A stretch of DNA of 64,000 nt from Chara braunii. Lineage: Eukaryota > Plantae > Charophyceae. The position numbers were made by a program, and so were the translations under genes. Within the stretch, counting starts at the first letter, position 1. The number at the start of each line of letters is the position of its first letter. The notes beneath the pieces were generated by a model. The model saw only the letters and a list, made by a program, of their open reading frames with translations, made no database searches and had not been told where the DNA came from. Positions 1-14,430 of this stretch are shown piece after piece. The stretch is taken from NCBI GenBank assembly GCA_003427395.1, contig BFEA01000027.1:3238854-3302853 (forward strand). The letters run 5' to 3'.

Positions 1-14
1 CAAAGTAAACAAGG

Positions 15-3000
15 CGACCAAGCCACCCAAACTCATGGAACATGCTTGGTCCCTGAAAGTCATTCACATTCAGCCCTCACAAATCAGAGCAACCAGACCA
101 CCTTAACTTATAAAACATGTCTGGTTCTCCAGACAATTCAAAATAAACATAGCACTGAGCCTCCCCAAACTTATGGAGACTTGCCCAACCTTTGATAGAC
201 CCAGTCAAACTCAAGCAATACTGTCTTCCTCCCATCCTTCCCCAGATGCAATCCCACAGTCTGCTTTCAATTAAACAATAAAACTGAAACTGACATTGCA
301 CATACATTCCTTTACTTAGTTCGGTTTGTGTCATGAAAGTTAAATTGAAAAGTCAAAGTAGGGATGCACACAGTATACTCAATCAAAACAAAGCAAGGGA
401 TACAGATAGGGGTTATAACAGGGTTTATAAAGGGAAAGCAATGATTACCTTTTAATTCCCTTCCTCCAGAACTCCTCCTGAGTTCCGATAGAGCTCCCGC
501 AATCGGTGGGCTGACTCCCCATAGAGTCTTGCTGCGGTCCTACGGGCTGCAATCCCGCCTGCCGCCTTTCTCTCAGAACTGGACTAGACTTAGAGTAAGA
601 ACGGCAGAAGAAGAAAGTTTTGAGTCGCTTAGATACCAGAAGGGTGCTCTCACACTCGCGACGAGAGGGCCTTGGTTCCTTGACTCGCCTGAAGGCTCCA
701 CAATGGCAGCCTGAACGCAACAGCAACCCAGTCAAAGCTTCAATTAACCATCAACTGTAGACACCTAGGTGACACTCCCGTCCGCAGTAGTAGACACTTG
801 CCTTTCAAGGATCTCAGCCTTTCCGCAGAGCTTCATAGCCCAACTTCATTGGTCTCGACCTCAGACTGCAGACTGCGGGCTCAAAGAAAACATAGTTCCC
901 CTCATCAGTAAGACACAATGTTATCATGCAGGTCACGTAGGAGACGGAGCTCGCGCGGGTGTTGGCCAGTGCCTTTGCTAAGCCCCGACAACAGTCCGTA
1001 CTGCAACTGGACCCACGCTACTCCGCTCGACATGAGAGCATCGCATCGACCAAGTGGAAATTCAGCGGCCTCCTTGGTTGGTTCGTTGTTCTCACCGCTC
1101 AAAAAGGGTAAACGGCTCATAGTTTGTAAGTAAGTTTAGTTGCGCCTCCCGTCTCCCCTGCAATCGTGGCAGTGACCTTCCAACTGTATTCGACCTTTCC
1201 TCCAGACTACAGACTACCGTCTACAGGCTACAACTACCACTCCCACGGTTTACTGCTTCCCCTCAGTTAGTTGTCGGCGACCCTCTCAATCACAAAGTTT
1301 TTCATTCAATCCGAGCTCCCGTTAGAGGGAGCAACACCTACGTGCAGCTAACGTACAACACGCACAGTCAAAACACAACAGAGTGCAGCAGGCGGCAGCT
1401 CACGTGTTCGCACGGTCGCATTAGCAGTAACTTGATAGATAGCAACTTAGGAAACAGTGGCCTGGCCAAACAGAGGCGCCATTGTGAACCAAGACTTGCC
1501 ACAGAGTTTCTGACCCGAGGCCCCTCCCTTGCTCTTGTCGTGTAGCGGGACGGGCAATGAGCCTATCAGTAGGTCGATCCCCGGTCTCGCCGCCGGATTC
1601 ACACCCCTTTGATGAGTTACGTATTGGCCGACAGGCGAACCTCCGATCCCGTAACCCCCTTCAAGGCACTCTGATCGGTAGGATAAGTAGAGTCGGGATG
1701 AATCTCCCACTAGGACACGGCAGGATTCATCTGAAGCTTCCTGCATAAAGTTGCACGACGCCGATGAGTTTTCTCCCTCCTCTTTCTTTGTCTCTCATAC
1801 GCCCACGCACCTTCCTCGATGTCGTGCCCGTTCCAACACACACAGAAAGAAAATGTAGAAAAAAATGAGAATGAATTCTTCCGCCAAAAAATGGGAAGAT
1901 TCATTATTACTTCCACGGTCGTAGCCGCTCCGCGCTTGGCTCTCTCTGCAGCGCGCAATTCCTTTTCTCCGAGTGGTTAGAACTTAGCACCACATACTGA
2001 CCTCTTAATCTAACTTCACTTTCTCTTGCATGGCTTGGGTGCTCATGCTGTTCACACTGTATGGAGTGGGAATGAATCTCCCTCTATAGTATGCAATGAT
2101 ACATTGTCAATTTCGACCTTCTTAACCTGACGGGGGCTGGCACAGTCCCTAAGTCCCACAACACCTAAACGGCGCCCTCATCGCCGAATCTAACCGCGCC
2201 ACTGGACTCGCAATGTTGCAGAACCCCCGTTTGGAATCTTTCCTTGCCCGATTTCGTTGAGGAACGGGCAAGACACACGTTTTTCACTCTCGTCTTCTCC
2301 TCTCCCGACACTATTCACGATATCCCCGCGAATCTCCTTCTTCCTCTCTCCCCTATTCTACCCACTTTACGACCGAACTAACCTCGGAATCTCGTTTTCC
2401 ACTCCAAACAACCTCCAAAACAAACCTCTACTTGCCTGTTCTCACTAAGAAACAAGTGAGTTACTTGATCTTTCACTCCCACTATCTTCGCTCTTTTCAT
2501 CTCACCTCGCACTACTTCTCTTATCTACTCCAAATCTCTAAAACTAACACTACCATCTGATTCGTCGGGGGCCAAAACCCCGGGATCACATGTTTTCTTT
2601 CTCGTTTCCGTTCAGAATCGAGATCGCTATGCCTTCTCGACCGCGTCGGGCTCCTCCCTCCACCATCGCCCTTGTTGTCTCCCCGTATCGAATGCATCTG
2701 GTCCGAGCTAACGCCCAAGTTCGCCCCTGCTTTGGTTGCCTTCCCGTTTCTCACCTTCGATCCGTCTGCGCCTCAGTGCAGCAGTCTCCGCAGTCTTTGT
2801 AGCCCGCCTACGGGGAACTTTAGGGGAGACCTGCCTTAGGCAGTTCGATCAGCCTTCCGTCCCTTGCTCCGAATACACCTAGCGTAGCTTGCCGTCCCGA
2901 TTCATTCCCGTTTTCGCCTCTCCCCTGACTGTCTTCGAGCTCCTCCTACTGCCTGTCTTCCTGCTGTAGCGTCCTCCTCTTTCGTTGCCTGCTCTGACCC

Positions 3001-4357
3001 GCTGTAGTCCCTCTCACTCTTTTGGATAGCGCAGCTCCGATCGATAGCGGACCTCGCAATGACTGATAAGCGGCACATCAGCTCCGTCCATCCCATGGCG
3101 GAGGGAACCAGCTACCAGACGCTCCGATACCCCCTGCTCCTATAGCCTAGTCCAACGAACGCTAGCCCGGCAGCATCACTGCCTCTTTCCACTTGGTTCC
3201 TACCGAATGCCCTGCAGGGTATGCAAAAACTTAACTGTTGGGTCCGAACAGGTGGTGCTGCAATGTTAGTCCTCAGCCCAACCTCCATATCTCCGCCTCT
3301 CCAATGAGCCGGAGGGCGCAGACCCATTGCGTGGCCTGACCCGTGAACTAGATGATGCGGGTCCTAGTGCAGCTCTTGGTAGTAATAACAAATATTCAAA
3401 TAAGAACTTGGAAGACCGAAGCGGACGAGGATCCCGCGAGCATGCTCACATATAACCCCCTCCACCGCGACTGCGGGGAACGAATGGCGCTCGCGCAAAA
3501 AGGGTCCCGCCACTCAAATTTCTTCCGGTCCGTGGGCTAATTACCCGTCGGCTCGCATGCACGTTGAACCCACGAGCATCCCGAATGCTCAAAGAACTCA
3601 CAAGTCAACAAGAAAGAGGTGAATGCTCAAGGTCCTTGACTGCCGTGACGGCCTCCCGTGGTCGGCGTCACGTCCGACTTATGAAAAACCAAAACATAAA
3701 TTTAAAATAATAACGGCGCCCGATAATAATAACAATGTTTTAAGATGCTCTTAATCGTCAAACTACGACGACGTGAGGAAGGGACACACTAGTACCATTT
3801 CGATGTCGCCGACGACAAAACCAAAGGGGATAGCCCCGTCGGGCCCTTCTCGCTACTTTGATATCCCCACGTCGCCGCCGCTCGAACTCGATCCCTGAAT
3901 CTCCCCGATGAAAGTGCGACGCTGTAACCGCTAGTGCTAGGCCCGAGTCCTGGTCTAACTCTGGCGGACACCTGAAATAAACCAATACTGCGCGACACGC
4001 ATACCTACCAAAACGATCTCAAAACCACGTGGTTGTCGATGTCGTCCCTCGTACGTACGCACAACCCGCAGGTAAGCACTTCAATCAGATGATAAAATCT
4101 TTTTAATCCTAACTTAATCAGAAATAAAAATCTGGCCGGCGATCACGCTGACTCTTCAATCATCTACAGTAAAAAAATCATGCGCGCCTCAAAACTGCGC
4201 GCCCACACACTTTCTATTCTAGTCAACCAACCCGCCAACGTAAAATCACAGACACAGCCGCACCTCGCACGATATATCTAAACTTTAAACCAAACTTATT
4301 TTCTGTCGTTTGCAAAAAAGCAGGGCGGATAGCTTTGTAAGGATATTCGCACCGACA
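15..4357. mobile_element. Long non-coding dispersed repeat, copy 1 (probably LTR-retrotransposon-derived, non-autonomous)
   Basis: Colinear similarity to 4358-9600 at many anchors: 15 cgaccaagccacccaaact vs 4359 cgaccaagccatccaaact; ~445 vs ~4755 ttaccttt..ttccct; ~3820 vs ~9048 acca..ggggatagcc; both end in cagggcggata...gcaccgaca (TGTCGGTGC on minus, LTR-like end). No convincing protein. Confidence 0.6.
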
Positions 4358-6609
4358 ACGACCAAGCCATCCAAACTTATGGAAGCCTGCTTGGTCCCTT
4401 AAAAAGTCAATCACAAACAACTCTCGCAAGTCAGAGCAACCAGATCATCCAAACTCTCGCACTCGGCCCTCCAAACTTATGGAGACTTGCCCAACCTTTG
4501 TTTGACCGAGTGAGATGCAAGCAATACCACCTTTCTTCCACCTTTCCCCCCAGATGCAAACCCTTTTTACAATCTGTTTTCAGTCAAACAACAAAAGAAA
4601 AACTGAGATTGCTCACGCATTCCTTTACTCAAGTCCGAGTTGTGTCCTGAAAGTCAAACTCAAAATCAATAATGGGATACATTGAGTATACTCAGTCAAA
4701 CTGTAGTAAGAAATATAGATATGATTTATAACTAGGTTTATAGAAGGGAGCAATGGTTACCTTTCAGTTCCCTGCCTCTAGAACTCCTCCTGAGTTCCGG
4801 CAGAGCTCCCGCAATCAGTGGCCGGAGTCCCCACAGAGTTTTGTTGCAGTCCTAGGGTTACAATCCCGCCTGTCGCCTTCCTCTCCGAACAGGATTAGAC
4901 ATAGAGTAAGAAGGGCAGAATGAGGGGGTTCAGACTCTCGAGATACAAAAGTGGGATTGACTCGACTCTTAGGAGAGGGCCTTGCAACCTTCATATGCCT
5001 GAGGGGCCCGCAATGGCAGCCAGAGTGCAAAACAACTTGGTCAACTCAAGTCAAATCCTTCCTGACGACCTTCTAATTCTTAGCAATGACCCTCTTTCAA
5101 GGAGCTCAATCACTCCGCTGAGCCTCGTGGTCCGAGATGCAGTGGCCACAACTCAAGACACGGCCGTGAGTTAAAAACAACATAGTTTTTTCTCTTGCCG
5201 CAATGGAACAACAAGCGAGACAACTAATATGCATTGCACAAGCTCATCTACAAACCCAGTAAAGTGCGCTGCAATTCAGCAACAGACGGTCTTAGTATAT
5301 CATGACAATCACACAAGTACCATTAGTTGGTTCGATGCTGCGGCGCGAGAAATAACCCAACAACGCTAACAAACTTAATCTACAGTGGATTCTCGGTAGC
5401 AGCCTTCAAATACAGCAGTTGTTGGATACTAACAAACATTTCAGCAGCTCCACCAGCTGATGCTTAAAAGCAAGCATGCAGGCTATAATTTGTCTCGTCG
5501 GTAACTGGTTGCACTAGCAGCTTTGCCATAGCGACTCGAATCAAGCACTGCAAAACTCATATGCACAGCAACAATCCAACAGGATTGCACACTGGTTGGA
5601 GCAAACTCAGTTGTAACAACAACAGTCAGCAAACCAGTCAAACGTTGTGAGCAAAAAGACAGTCCGTCAAGTCCATCACCGTATTCCAACAACACCAGTT
5701 TCTTCTCACATACAGCAAGAGCAGTGCCCGGAGTTCATTGAAGCAACGTTGTTCCGACAACCTAGGAGCCCCTCCACTTTAGAAAGCGAGTAATGGTAGT
5801 CTCATCCAACAGTCTCTTCTTTTTTTCCGCCTCTTCCTCCTCGTCTCACTGTGCACGTACCCTTGTCTACATACCCCCACCGCGGCGGCTTGAAAACATC
5901 ACGCCGAGCCAAACTGTCCGACCAGTCGTGAGAGAGACCACGACTATGAACTCGATCACGAGCTCAATCACTATCGCCACGAAGGGGTATGCTGACAAGG
6001 GACAACATCATGATGCAATGGTGAGTTAAAATCCACTGCCTTGAGTTATACTTCGCTGCTAACCAAATGTGCAAAACAGAGAACGAATCTTCTGCTAAAC
6101 GATTACCGGTACACCTTGCGTTTGCTCGAAGCAGCATGAGCAGTATCAGCATAATGGCGATGATAGGGCGGCCCCGGGCTGCATGAAGTCCAGCAGCAGG
6201 ATGTAGGTAACAAATGCGAGGGGCAACCACGACTCGAATCTCAATGATGACTTCGGGGAGCAAAGCTAGGATCATGACCAATCATGTATAGCGATCAATA
6301 TCTTGAACCTCACTATCTCTAGCAGCACTGTGATCTCCATGCAAAAATGATAATGAATCTTCCGCTAAAACACGAAAAGATGCATTGCTCCGTACTCCGC
6401 ACTTCCGCTCGCACCCGACCAGGTACGTAGTTGACTCCCCCCCCCCTCTCCCTCTCCCTATCTCGTTGTCCTGCAGTTGTTTACCACTTACTGCTCACCA
6501 TCTCTCGTTGACCGTTCGCTACCTTCTCGTGTTTAGTTTTCTCATCCATGCGTAGCCCCTACTTGCCATCTCTCGAATCTTCCTTACGGATATTGCAAAC
6601 TAACCCCAT

Positions 6610-7668
6610 CAGAGGTTGACATTGGGTGGCCATGACCCGACCCGACCGTACCTAGCCGTACCCGACGGTTGTCACGGTGGACGGGTGCAGGTATGGCATG
6701 ATTAGTACGCACTGGGGCAGCTGGGTTTGAAAATATGAGGGGCGGATATGGTGGGGGCAGGAAATTGTAGGGTGGGTGGGGCTGGGTGTTGACACAGTGC
6801 CTTGACGGTTACAACCGGGCAAAAGTTTGCCCTGGTTCCGGGTACGGCTGGGTAGAGGTTTCGCGCGGGTGACCCGAGGCTTGTAGGCATAGTAGGCATA
6901 TTAGGCAAGCCTAGGTAGTATTAGGGTCAGGCCTGTGGATGAAAATTCGAAGTGGAGATCTGTGGATGGAAGCTACAGAATCCGATATAACAACAATTTC
7001 GTAAAAACGGACATATTTTATTTATTGATCGAAATTGAAACCTCATAAATTATAGCGATTTAGGTGGAAATTTCAAGCTTTTGAGGGTTCGGCGTCCTTA
7101 AAACGCCGGACCCCTTGGATGTATCTGGACTTGGTTGGAGTCCAGGGGGTACGACGTTATGAAAACGCCGTACCCCCCTGGATGCATCTGGACTTAGCTT
7201 GCATCAAGGGGGTAGGGCGTTTTCAGAACGCCGTACCCTCAGGAGCTGAAAATATCGACCTAACTCGGGCCAATTTTTTGTTTTCAATTTCGTTCAAAAA
7301 ATAAAATATGTCCGTTTTGACAAAATTGCTATTATATGCAAAGGCCTAAGTTTAAAATAAAGATAAAAACTAAGCCTGGGTGGAAAATTTTTGGCACAGG
7401 TATGGCTGGGCACGGGTGGATAGATATTGGGTTCGGGTGCGGTTGGATGCGGATGAACGAAAATTTGGCCTGGGTGTGGCTGGGTATGGGTAGACAATTT
7501 TTAAATCGTCCTGGGTGGGCTGGGTACGGGAATAAAAAAAAATAAAATAGCGTGGGTGGGCTGAGTCTGGGTCAAGAAAATTGTGTCTACGTGGGTCCGA
7601 CTAGATATGCATCAAGGCTTGGGCCGGGTCGGATACGGGTAGGAAAAGAAATGGTTTTGCAACCTTTG
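6610..7668. mobile_element. Non-autonomous hAT-type DNA transposon
   Basis: TIRs CAGAGGTTG / CAACCTTTG; exact 8-bp TSD AACCCCAT (6602-6609, 7669-7676); subterminal cccga/cccgt-type repeats. Confidence 0.9.
6985..7337. mobile_element. Nested MITE/foldback element with ~55-bp inverted termini
   Basis: atataacaacaatttcgtaaaaacggacatattttatttattgatcgaaattgaaa closely matches the reverse complement of ~7282-7337; three GC-rich palindromes lie inside. Confidence 0.75.
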
Positions 7669-9819
7669 AACCCCATAACCTGATTCGCCCTCCTTGAAAA
7701 CCTTCGACTCAACTTTTATTTCGCCAAAGTCGACTTAGAAATGACGGAGATCCGACTGTTGCCATTCTCTCCCTCCATAGCTCCTGACTTTTCCCATCCC
7801 TCTCGTTCGAATGCATCTTGCGCAAAACTGTTTCCAGATCCATTCGGTGTCTCTCCTTCTTTCACCACTTCGATTGATGCCAACTACGCTCCGACCCAAC
7901 GGCTCGCCTCACGCTACTTCCATCGATAGGATGAGCAACACACCGATCAAACGAGTAAGTTTCTGACCTCGCGCCCGCGTTGCACTACTTCCTCCGACTG
8001 AATCAAGCAACACACCGACCGTCAGGTAAGTCCCTGATTTCGCCTGCCTCAACGCAACCTCCACCGATGGGATGAGTTGCGCACTAATCCGACAGGCAGG
8101 CCCTTTGCGGCCGCTTTTCTCACTCAACAGGTAATTCCCTAACTTCGTGGCTAGCTCAGGCCGCTCCCCGCCGATTGGAGGGGTGAAATCGAAATTAATT
8201 TTCCCACAGAAAGCAGGAAGATTCACCTACCAACAGACTAGTACCCTCCTTTTGCCTGCGCTCATACCACCCTCTGTAGATAAGACGGGCAACACACCTG
8301 CTATTGGGTAAGCCCCCGCGCCCGTGGCTGCTTCGCCAGTCTTCTACCCCTACACCCAAAGTCCGATAGGCCAAGCAGCATGTCTGTATCACTGCGAGCC
8401 TTCTCCTTGGTGCCTTTGCACCTGGTCGGCGTCAGGCTGCGCACTAACCTAAACAGTTAGTAGGACGATGGTCACCGAAGTCGAAATCCGTTAAGGGGCC
8501 GAATCAGATCGCCCTAAACAGGATGGCGCTGAAACGTGCGACCTATGCTCGGTCGTCGTGGCAACTTCGACGCCATCACGAGTGGGGGAGCGCAGGGCCC
8601 GCTGTGAAGCCTGCTGCGCGAGCCCAAGCGAGGTGGGTTCCCGTGAGAGTTTCGAGACCGAAGTGGAACGGGTTCTAGGCGCACAGTTGCGCATTATCAG
8701 TGCTGCTGCGATCCCGCCCCTGTGCCTCGTCCCGCTGCGCCCAGGCATGGTCCACCATCTTCCCGTTCTCAACGGTCATGCTCACACCCAATTCTCTTGC
8801 AGCCAATCGCAGTTGGGGTACGATGCACCTGCGGAGGGTCCCCGCCACTCACATTTTCTTCCACCTCATGAGTGAATCACTCACCGGCTCACACGCTCGT
8901 TGAACTCCCCGGTTTCGGTGCCGCACTCGACAAAAGGTAATATACATGAATAACAATAATAATTAATAATATAAAATAAATAATACTTACGGGAGATAGA
9001 AATATAACCATAAGGCAAGGAAAGGACCTCAGGCCCACGACAACAAGACCATGGGGGATAGCCTCGCTGGGCCCTTGACCCCACGGCTCCTTGACGCCGC
9101 TTCGGCGCTCCCACCTCCGCCGCTCGCTGACTTCAATCCCTAAATCACCTTGTTGAAAGTCTGACACTATAACCGATAGTGTTAGGCCCAAGGTTGAGCC
9201 TTTTACTAGCAGACACCTATATAAGGAGGTATCAGGCGGCGCGCGGATCTACTGAAACATTTTTAAAGCTATACTGTTGTCGATGTCGTCCTCCGTACGT
9301 ATGCACATGACGCATTGAAGCATTCCAATCATCAAACAACCTTTTATTTCTCGTTTAATCATAATTAAAAATTTACCTGACAACTGCACCGACTCTTCAA
9401 CCATCAACAAGAAAAAGGATCACACGCGCCTTAAGTCTGCGCGCCCAGGCACTCTCTATTCTTAGTCAACCACTCAGTCAACGTAAATAACATACACAAC
9501 CGCGACTCATGCAGTGTACTCAAACCTTAAACCAAACTTATTTTTTGTCATTTGCAAAACCCAGGGCGGATACCCTTGTAAGGGCATTTGCACCGACAAC
9601 GTCTCTTGCATGTGCGTACATTCAGATGTCTTGTGACTGCCTACATTACATGTAACCAACAACTTTTTGTTCGTAACCAAAACTTTTATGCATGACCAAT
9701 TAGATTGCGGATTCGATCAGAAATATGCAAAACTTTAAGTTCTTGTGTAAATGACAGTTGGCGTCGCAGAAAAGGATCATGTATGTCAAAATCAACTGGT
9801 TGTTACAAGATGAACAGTG

Positions 9820-10620
9820 AACATCTTGGAGTTGTATTTCAACTACTACTCTAACTATTACAGTACTTGAAGATGGTGATACAAACTACATTATAATATA
9901 TCCAACAAGTCTATTTGAGTTGTACTTCGAGTGTTACTCTCAACTGTTACAGTACTTGAGGATGATGACACAAACTACATTATAATATATCCAACAAATG
10001 TATAATGACATATTGCTCATCATAATTATAAACATGACATTGTGCGGATTTCAGCACACATTTAATCAAACAACCGTTTTGAGCGAGAGAATGCGTTTGT
10101 CTATCGTTACAACTCTAAATAATTCCGGATCTCATCAAACATCCACACAACCATATCGGGCGAGAGGATGGACATGTTTGTGCTACTTAGGAATAACCAA
10201 AGCAAATATTTCCAACACGGATACAATCATGACACCTTGCTCATCACAATTGTAAACAAGTATGGATCTCAACACACTTCCGCGTATCGAGCAAGTGGAT
10301 GGGCATACCTATCATTACACTAAGTCTTTTAAAGAAGTCTCAATGTTATCAAACATTCAAATAATCGTCTCGGGCAAGAGGATGGGCATGTCTGCACAAC
10401 TCAGGGACCTAAAGAAATATATTTTCCAAGAAAGATTCAATCATGACACCTTGCTCATCACCTTTATAAAGTTTAACAAGTATGAATCTCAACACACTTC
10501 CACATTTTTGGCAAGTGGATGGGCTTGCCTATGGTTGCACTTCCAAATAAGTCCGGATTTCATCAAATATCCAATAAACTGTCTCGGGGGAAAGGATGGG
10601 CATGCCTACGTTGCTTTGGT
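9820..10620. repeat. Degenerate AT-rich tandem repeats
   Basis: ~90-bp duplication at 9825-9997 (acagtacttga.gatg.tga.acaaactacattataatatatccaacaa); recurring ggatgggcat, aatcatgacaccttgctcatcac and atctcaacacacttcc blocks at 10140-10620. Confidence 0.6.
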
Positions 10621-10707
10621 CGCAACCAAAAATGAATTCGTTAGAAAGAGGACACAATATAATGTCATATTTTAACGAATAACATGTTTTGTACCAAATT
10701 GTTGCCA

Positions 10708-13700
10708 ACACCTACCGCCAGGTCCACCAGCATATCCCTGTGATCTAGCGGGGGGCCGAGCGCCGTCAGCCTCACTCCCAATATACGTAGGGTTGTGTCC
10801 TTTGCTGCCCATGCGACTTGTGGCTCTGATGGTGGGCCGATGTCGTGTGGGTGCAGCCACCACCCCTCCGTTTTTCAACCCCAATTACGTTTCATGTCTA
10901 TTTCCAGTAAAAATGGTTGGATGACTTGTGTCAATGGATGAAGACTTTGGTCGTCTTCTTTAATAAGCACCGTAAGGTCGTCTGCAAACAACGATGTAAT
11001 CAGAATGAGGTGTTCCGGCAGCTTCGGGATGAGGATTCTGCAAATCTATGGATGGGCCCTGATAAGTGCAGCCAAGGGTTCCATGACTGTAACAAAGAGT
11101 AGGGGCACGATGGGGTACTGTTATCTAACCGACCTCTGAAGGCAGATCGGGGCAGCCAAGTCGTCATTCAACGTGATATTTGTGGACGCTTGCCTGTGTG
11201 GGAGCTGCACCCAATTTGTTAACACTGGTCCAAAATTCATCCTGATCAGTCACATGTTAAAGACATCCCAATCGATGTGGTCGTAGGCTTTCTTAAAGTC
11301 TATGAAGATGCCAGCAGTCCGGACTTTTCGTTGATGGGCATACTTAATAGTCTCATTGACCAAAAGGATATTATCTTGGATGTTGCGATTGGGCATAAAG
11401 CCAAACTGGTCATGATGTATTAAGAGGTTCATTAGCGGTATCAGTCTCCTAGTAAGTGTCTTAGCCAACAGTTTGTAGGGAATAGAGTGGGGGGTAATGG
11501 GCTTGTAGTTTCCGATTTCGTCCTTATCCCCTTTTTTTATAGAGGAAGGTAGTGCCCCCCTATCCCATCATACCCCCAAATGAGCCTTCCTTTTGCAGCG
11601 CTCCAATGCATTCCAATAGGTCGTTGCAAAGCAGATCCCAAGATTGTACCCCGAACTCCTCAGGGAAGGAGTCCACCTCCGTTGTTTATTCATCTTCCAT
11701 AACTTGTACGACTTCCCATACCTTCTGTTGGGTTATAGCGTTGTCCAATCCGACTTTTTGGGAGAGGGTGAAACGAGTCTCAATTGCTTGGAGCAACTCT
11801 TCCCTCGCTAGGAGGACCTCATTTGGGGGTTTGAGGGGTGTTTCTAATGTGAACAATTTATGATAGTACCTGAAAGCATATTCCACTATGTTATATGCAT
11901 TGGAGGCGACTGGGGCGTTGGCTTCGAACGAGTGTTTAAGTCTAGGGACTGTGTTTGCCCTCGCTCTTGCTCTTACTTTCCTAAATAAGGTTTTGGTCAT
12001 TGTTATTTATGTGTGGTGTTGTTTGATTACTTCGGCGGTCGATGCAATCTTAGAGATAATCCCTCGCGTTTTGAAGCTCTTGAAAGGTAGGTTGGTGCAG
12101 GGGGTCGTCCATGAGTCGTTCGTCCCACTCTTCGAGCTAACTCATGAGCTTCTCAAGGAGGGCCTTACGGTCTCTCACGTGTTGGATGAAATCTTTCTTG
12201 GTGCGATCCCCGAGTTGAGCAATGCCATCATTAAACCATGCGACCATGTTCCCTGATTGCGGTTTTCATGACTACCAGTAGTGCCGGAACGTGTTGACCA
12301 TGTCCTTGGAAGTGGAGAGGGGGAGCAGAGATGTATTGAGTTTGTAAAATCATGGGCCCCTCATTATGTGACCGTGGAAGGACAGTCCCAGAGTGATCAT
12401 TCTGTGATCAAAATACTTACAAGGGATTATGGGTGTGATGTCCGTGGCAATGAGAAGACCTATAGGGTCTTTTGAAATTAGTGTGAGATCAATCCGAGAG
12501 TTGGGAACACCTTGCTGGCCTCTTGCCGACAAGCATGTGTATGCCCTTTGGGAAGGGTGCAGTAACCTATATGCATCTTCCAACTGCCTCTCCGCCATGA
12601 GTTGTTGAAGCATGACATCGTCAGGGAGAACCTGAGACGGTGGCAGGGTTCTCGGATTAGGATGCTGTGATGGCGATCTGCGATCCATATCCAGGTCAAG
12701 AGTGGTATTAAAATCTCCTGCCATTATCATTGGAGCGTCGTCAGGCAAGCTTTGATGGAGGGTGAGCCAGAGGTTCACCCTACTGGCGGGGTCATTGGGG
12801 GCATACACACATACAAGGTAAAATTCCTCATCTTGGAACGCCGCCTTGAGGTACACACACCTGCCTTGTTGTTTGTCGTAGTCAAACATGTTTGGTGTAG
12901 TTATGGATGAAGGTGAGAGCCATATTGCGACTCTCGCCGACGCCTGGTCCGTGGCTGGTGCATTATATGACGTGTAAGGCCAGACCGCTCATGCCTTAGT
13001 TGCATGCGGTCGCGTATCTTGTAAGGGTGTCTCTTGTACACACACTGCATCAGGCCATTGGCCTGAGACCGAGCATTTGATCATGTTCATTATAGCATCT
13101 TTTTTTGTTGTTGATGCCTGGACAAGCCCATTCACATTCAATGAGCGGATGTCCAAGTCCAGTTCTGCCAGCCTAGCGACCCATTGGGGTTGTTTCCTGA
13201 ACCGGGGGAAGACTTGGGGGGAAAGTGACCGTTTCAGGGAAGGCAGGGGCGTCTGGGGGGCGCCTTGCGGGGAACCTAACAAGACGGGGTGTTGTTGTGG
13301 GGCGGGCGGAGGAGGTTGGAAGTGTGGTCCTTTTACTGGTGGTTGTGGATCAGAGAGGCAGGCGGTGGAGGGGGCGGTTGCAGTCTGGTGTGTAGTCGTG
13401 TGTTTCATTGGCTGGGGATTTTTAGCATTGGGCGCCAGTCTCCGCCAGACAGTCGTTCAGTCCTTATGTTTAACGGGGAGCACAAAAGGCGGGTCCTCCC
13501 GCTGGTGATAATCCTCCAAGACATTGTCTTCCAGGAGGATCTGCATGAAGAGCAGCACCTTGCGCAGCGTCCACGCATAGTTAGTCCTGAACCTGTTGGT
13601 GGAGAGGTTCATGAGCTCCTGATGTGTGAACCATGTGAAATCTGAATGGGCTTTACGCGAGCTATCATGTTGCTCCATTAGCAAGATGACAAGGATGACT

Positions 13701-14430
13701 GCTGTGGATGGATTCCCCCTCTATCCTTCCACAAGCAGTCCGGTCTGGGTAAGGCTCCCTTGGGTGGTTTGGCTGTGGGCTGAGTCCAAGCAGCCACTGC
13801 CCTCCGTCTTTTGCTCTTCACAGCGGAAGGAGGGCCACTCCTGGCGGCATAGCCAGTGGAACACTATCATCATCTTGGAGTCTAACCAAGTTCTTCAATG
13901 TCTTTGGCAGTTCCAGTGCAAGGGCGTCCTCATCAGCCTCTTGAAGTTCTACAGGGTCATCGTCATCCAATAGGATATGACAATGTCTGAGGCGGAATGG
14001 GGAGGAGTGTTGAGGGGCCTGTTGCTCAGGGAGTGGTCCTTGCTCTTCCATACGGGCCATTAGCAGTTGATCTTGGGATTGGTTAGGAAGGGTAGACTGG
14101 CCCAACGTCAACTGCTGCTGTTGTATCGTCCGTTCTGGAATGAGCAGACGGTCTTGCATCGACTGGATTCCATAGAGCGTGTTGCAGAGTTCCAGTACAA
14201 GGGTTTTGGGCCACGCCAAACCCTCGTGCAGAAACGTTTCTTCAACGAGTTCTTGGACAAAACAAACACGGACTGCACCCATAGACCAAGCCGATCAACC
14301 TCACGACCCTCCCACCTTTCTTCGTGGATGCGAAGATATAGAGAAATATGCCTCGCCTGTGAGCAGTGGCCCTGGCTCTCCCAGCCCTAATGAGGAGAGG
14401 AGTGTGTCTATCTTTGTATTGTTTGAATAA
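10708..14430 (-). mobile_element. Decayed L1-like LINE (ORF1 remnant, APE endonuclease, reverse transcriptase), 3'-truncated
   Basis: APE motifs IRSLNVNGL, VCVQET, VYAPND, MAGDFN, SRIDL, DHRMI (13160-12350). RT motifs YKPIT..YKLLAK, QFGFMPNRNIQDN, IDFKKAYDHIDW, SLFADD (~10980), LRILGV (~10770). Multiple frameshifts and stops. Confidence 0.92.

Larger units (their letters stand above)
4358..9600. mobile_element. Long non-coding dispersed repeat, copy 2, carrying a nested hAT element
   Basis: Diverged head-to-tail counterpart of 15-4357, ending gcaccgaca near 9598. Confidence 0.6.

Noticed and set aside
901-912. Other CTGATGA occurrences (about 903, 13930, 51211, 52593, 54003)
   Set aside because: No following stem II and GAAA, so they are not hammerheads.
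3652-3670. Primer-binding-site-like TGACGCCGACC on the minus strand, also near 8425
   Set aside because: Imperfect TGG start and not adjacent to a clear LTR CA end.
7085-7240. CRISPR-like array of palindromic repeats
   Set aside because: The spacers resemble each other, there are no cas genes, and the context is a eukaryotic transposon.
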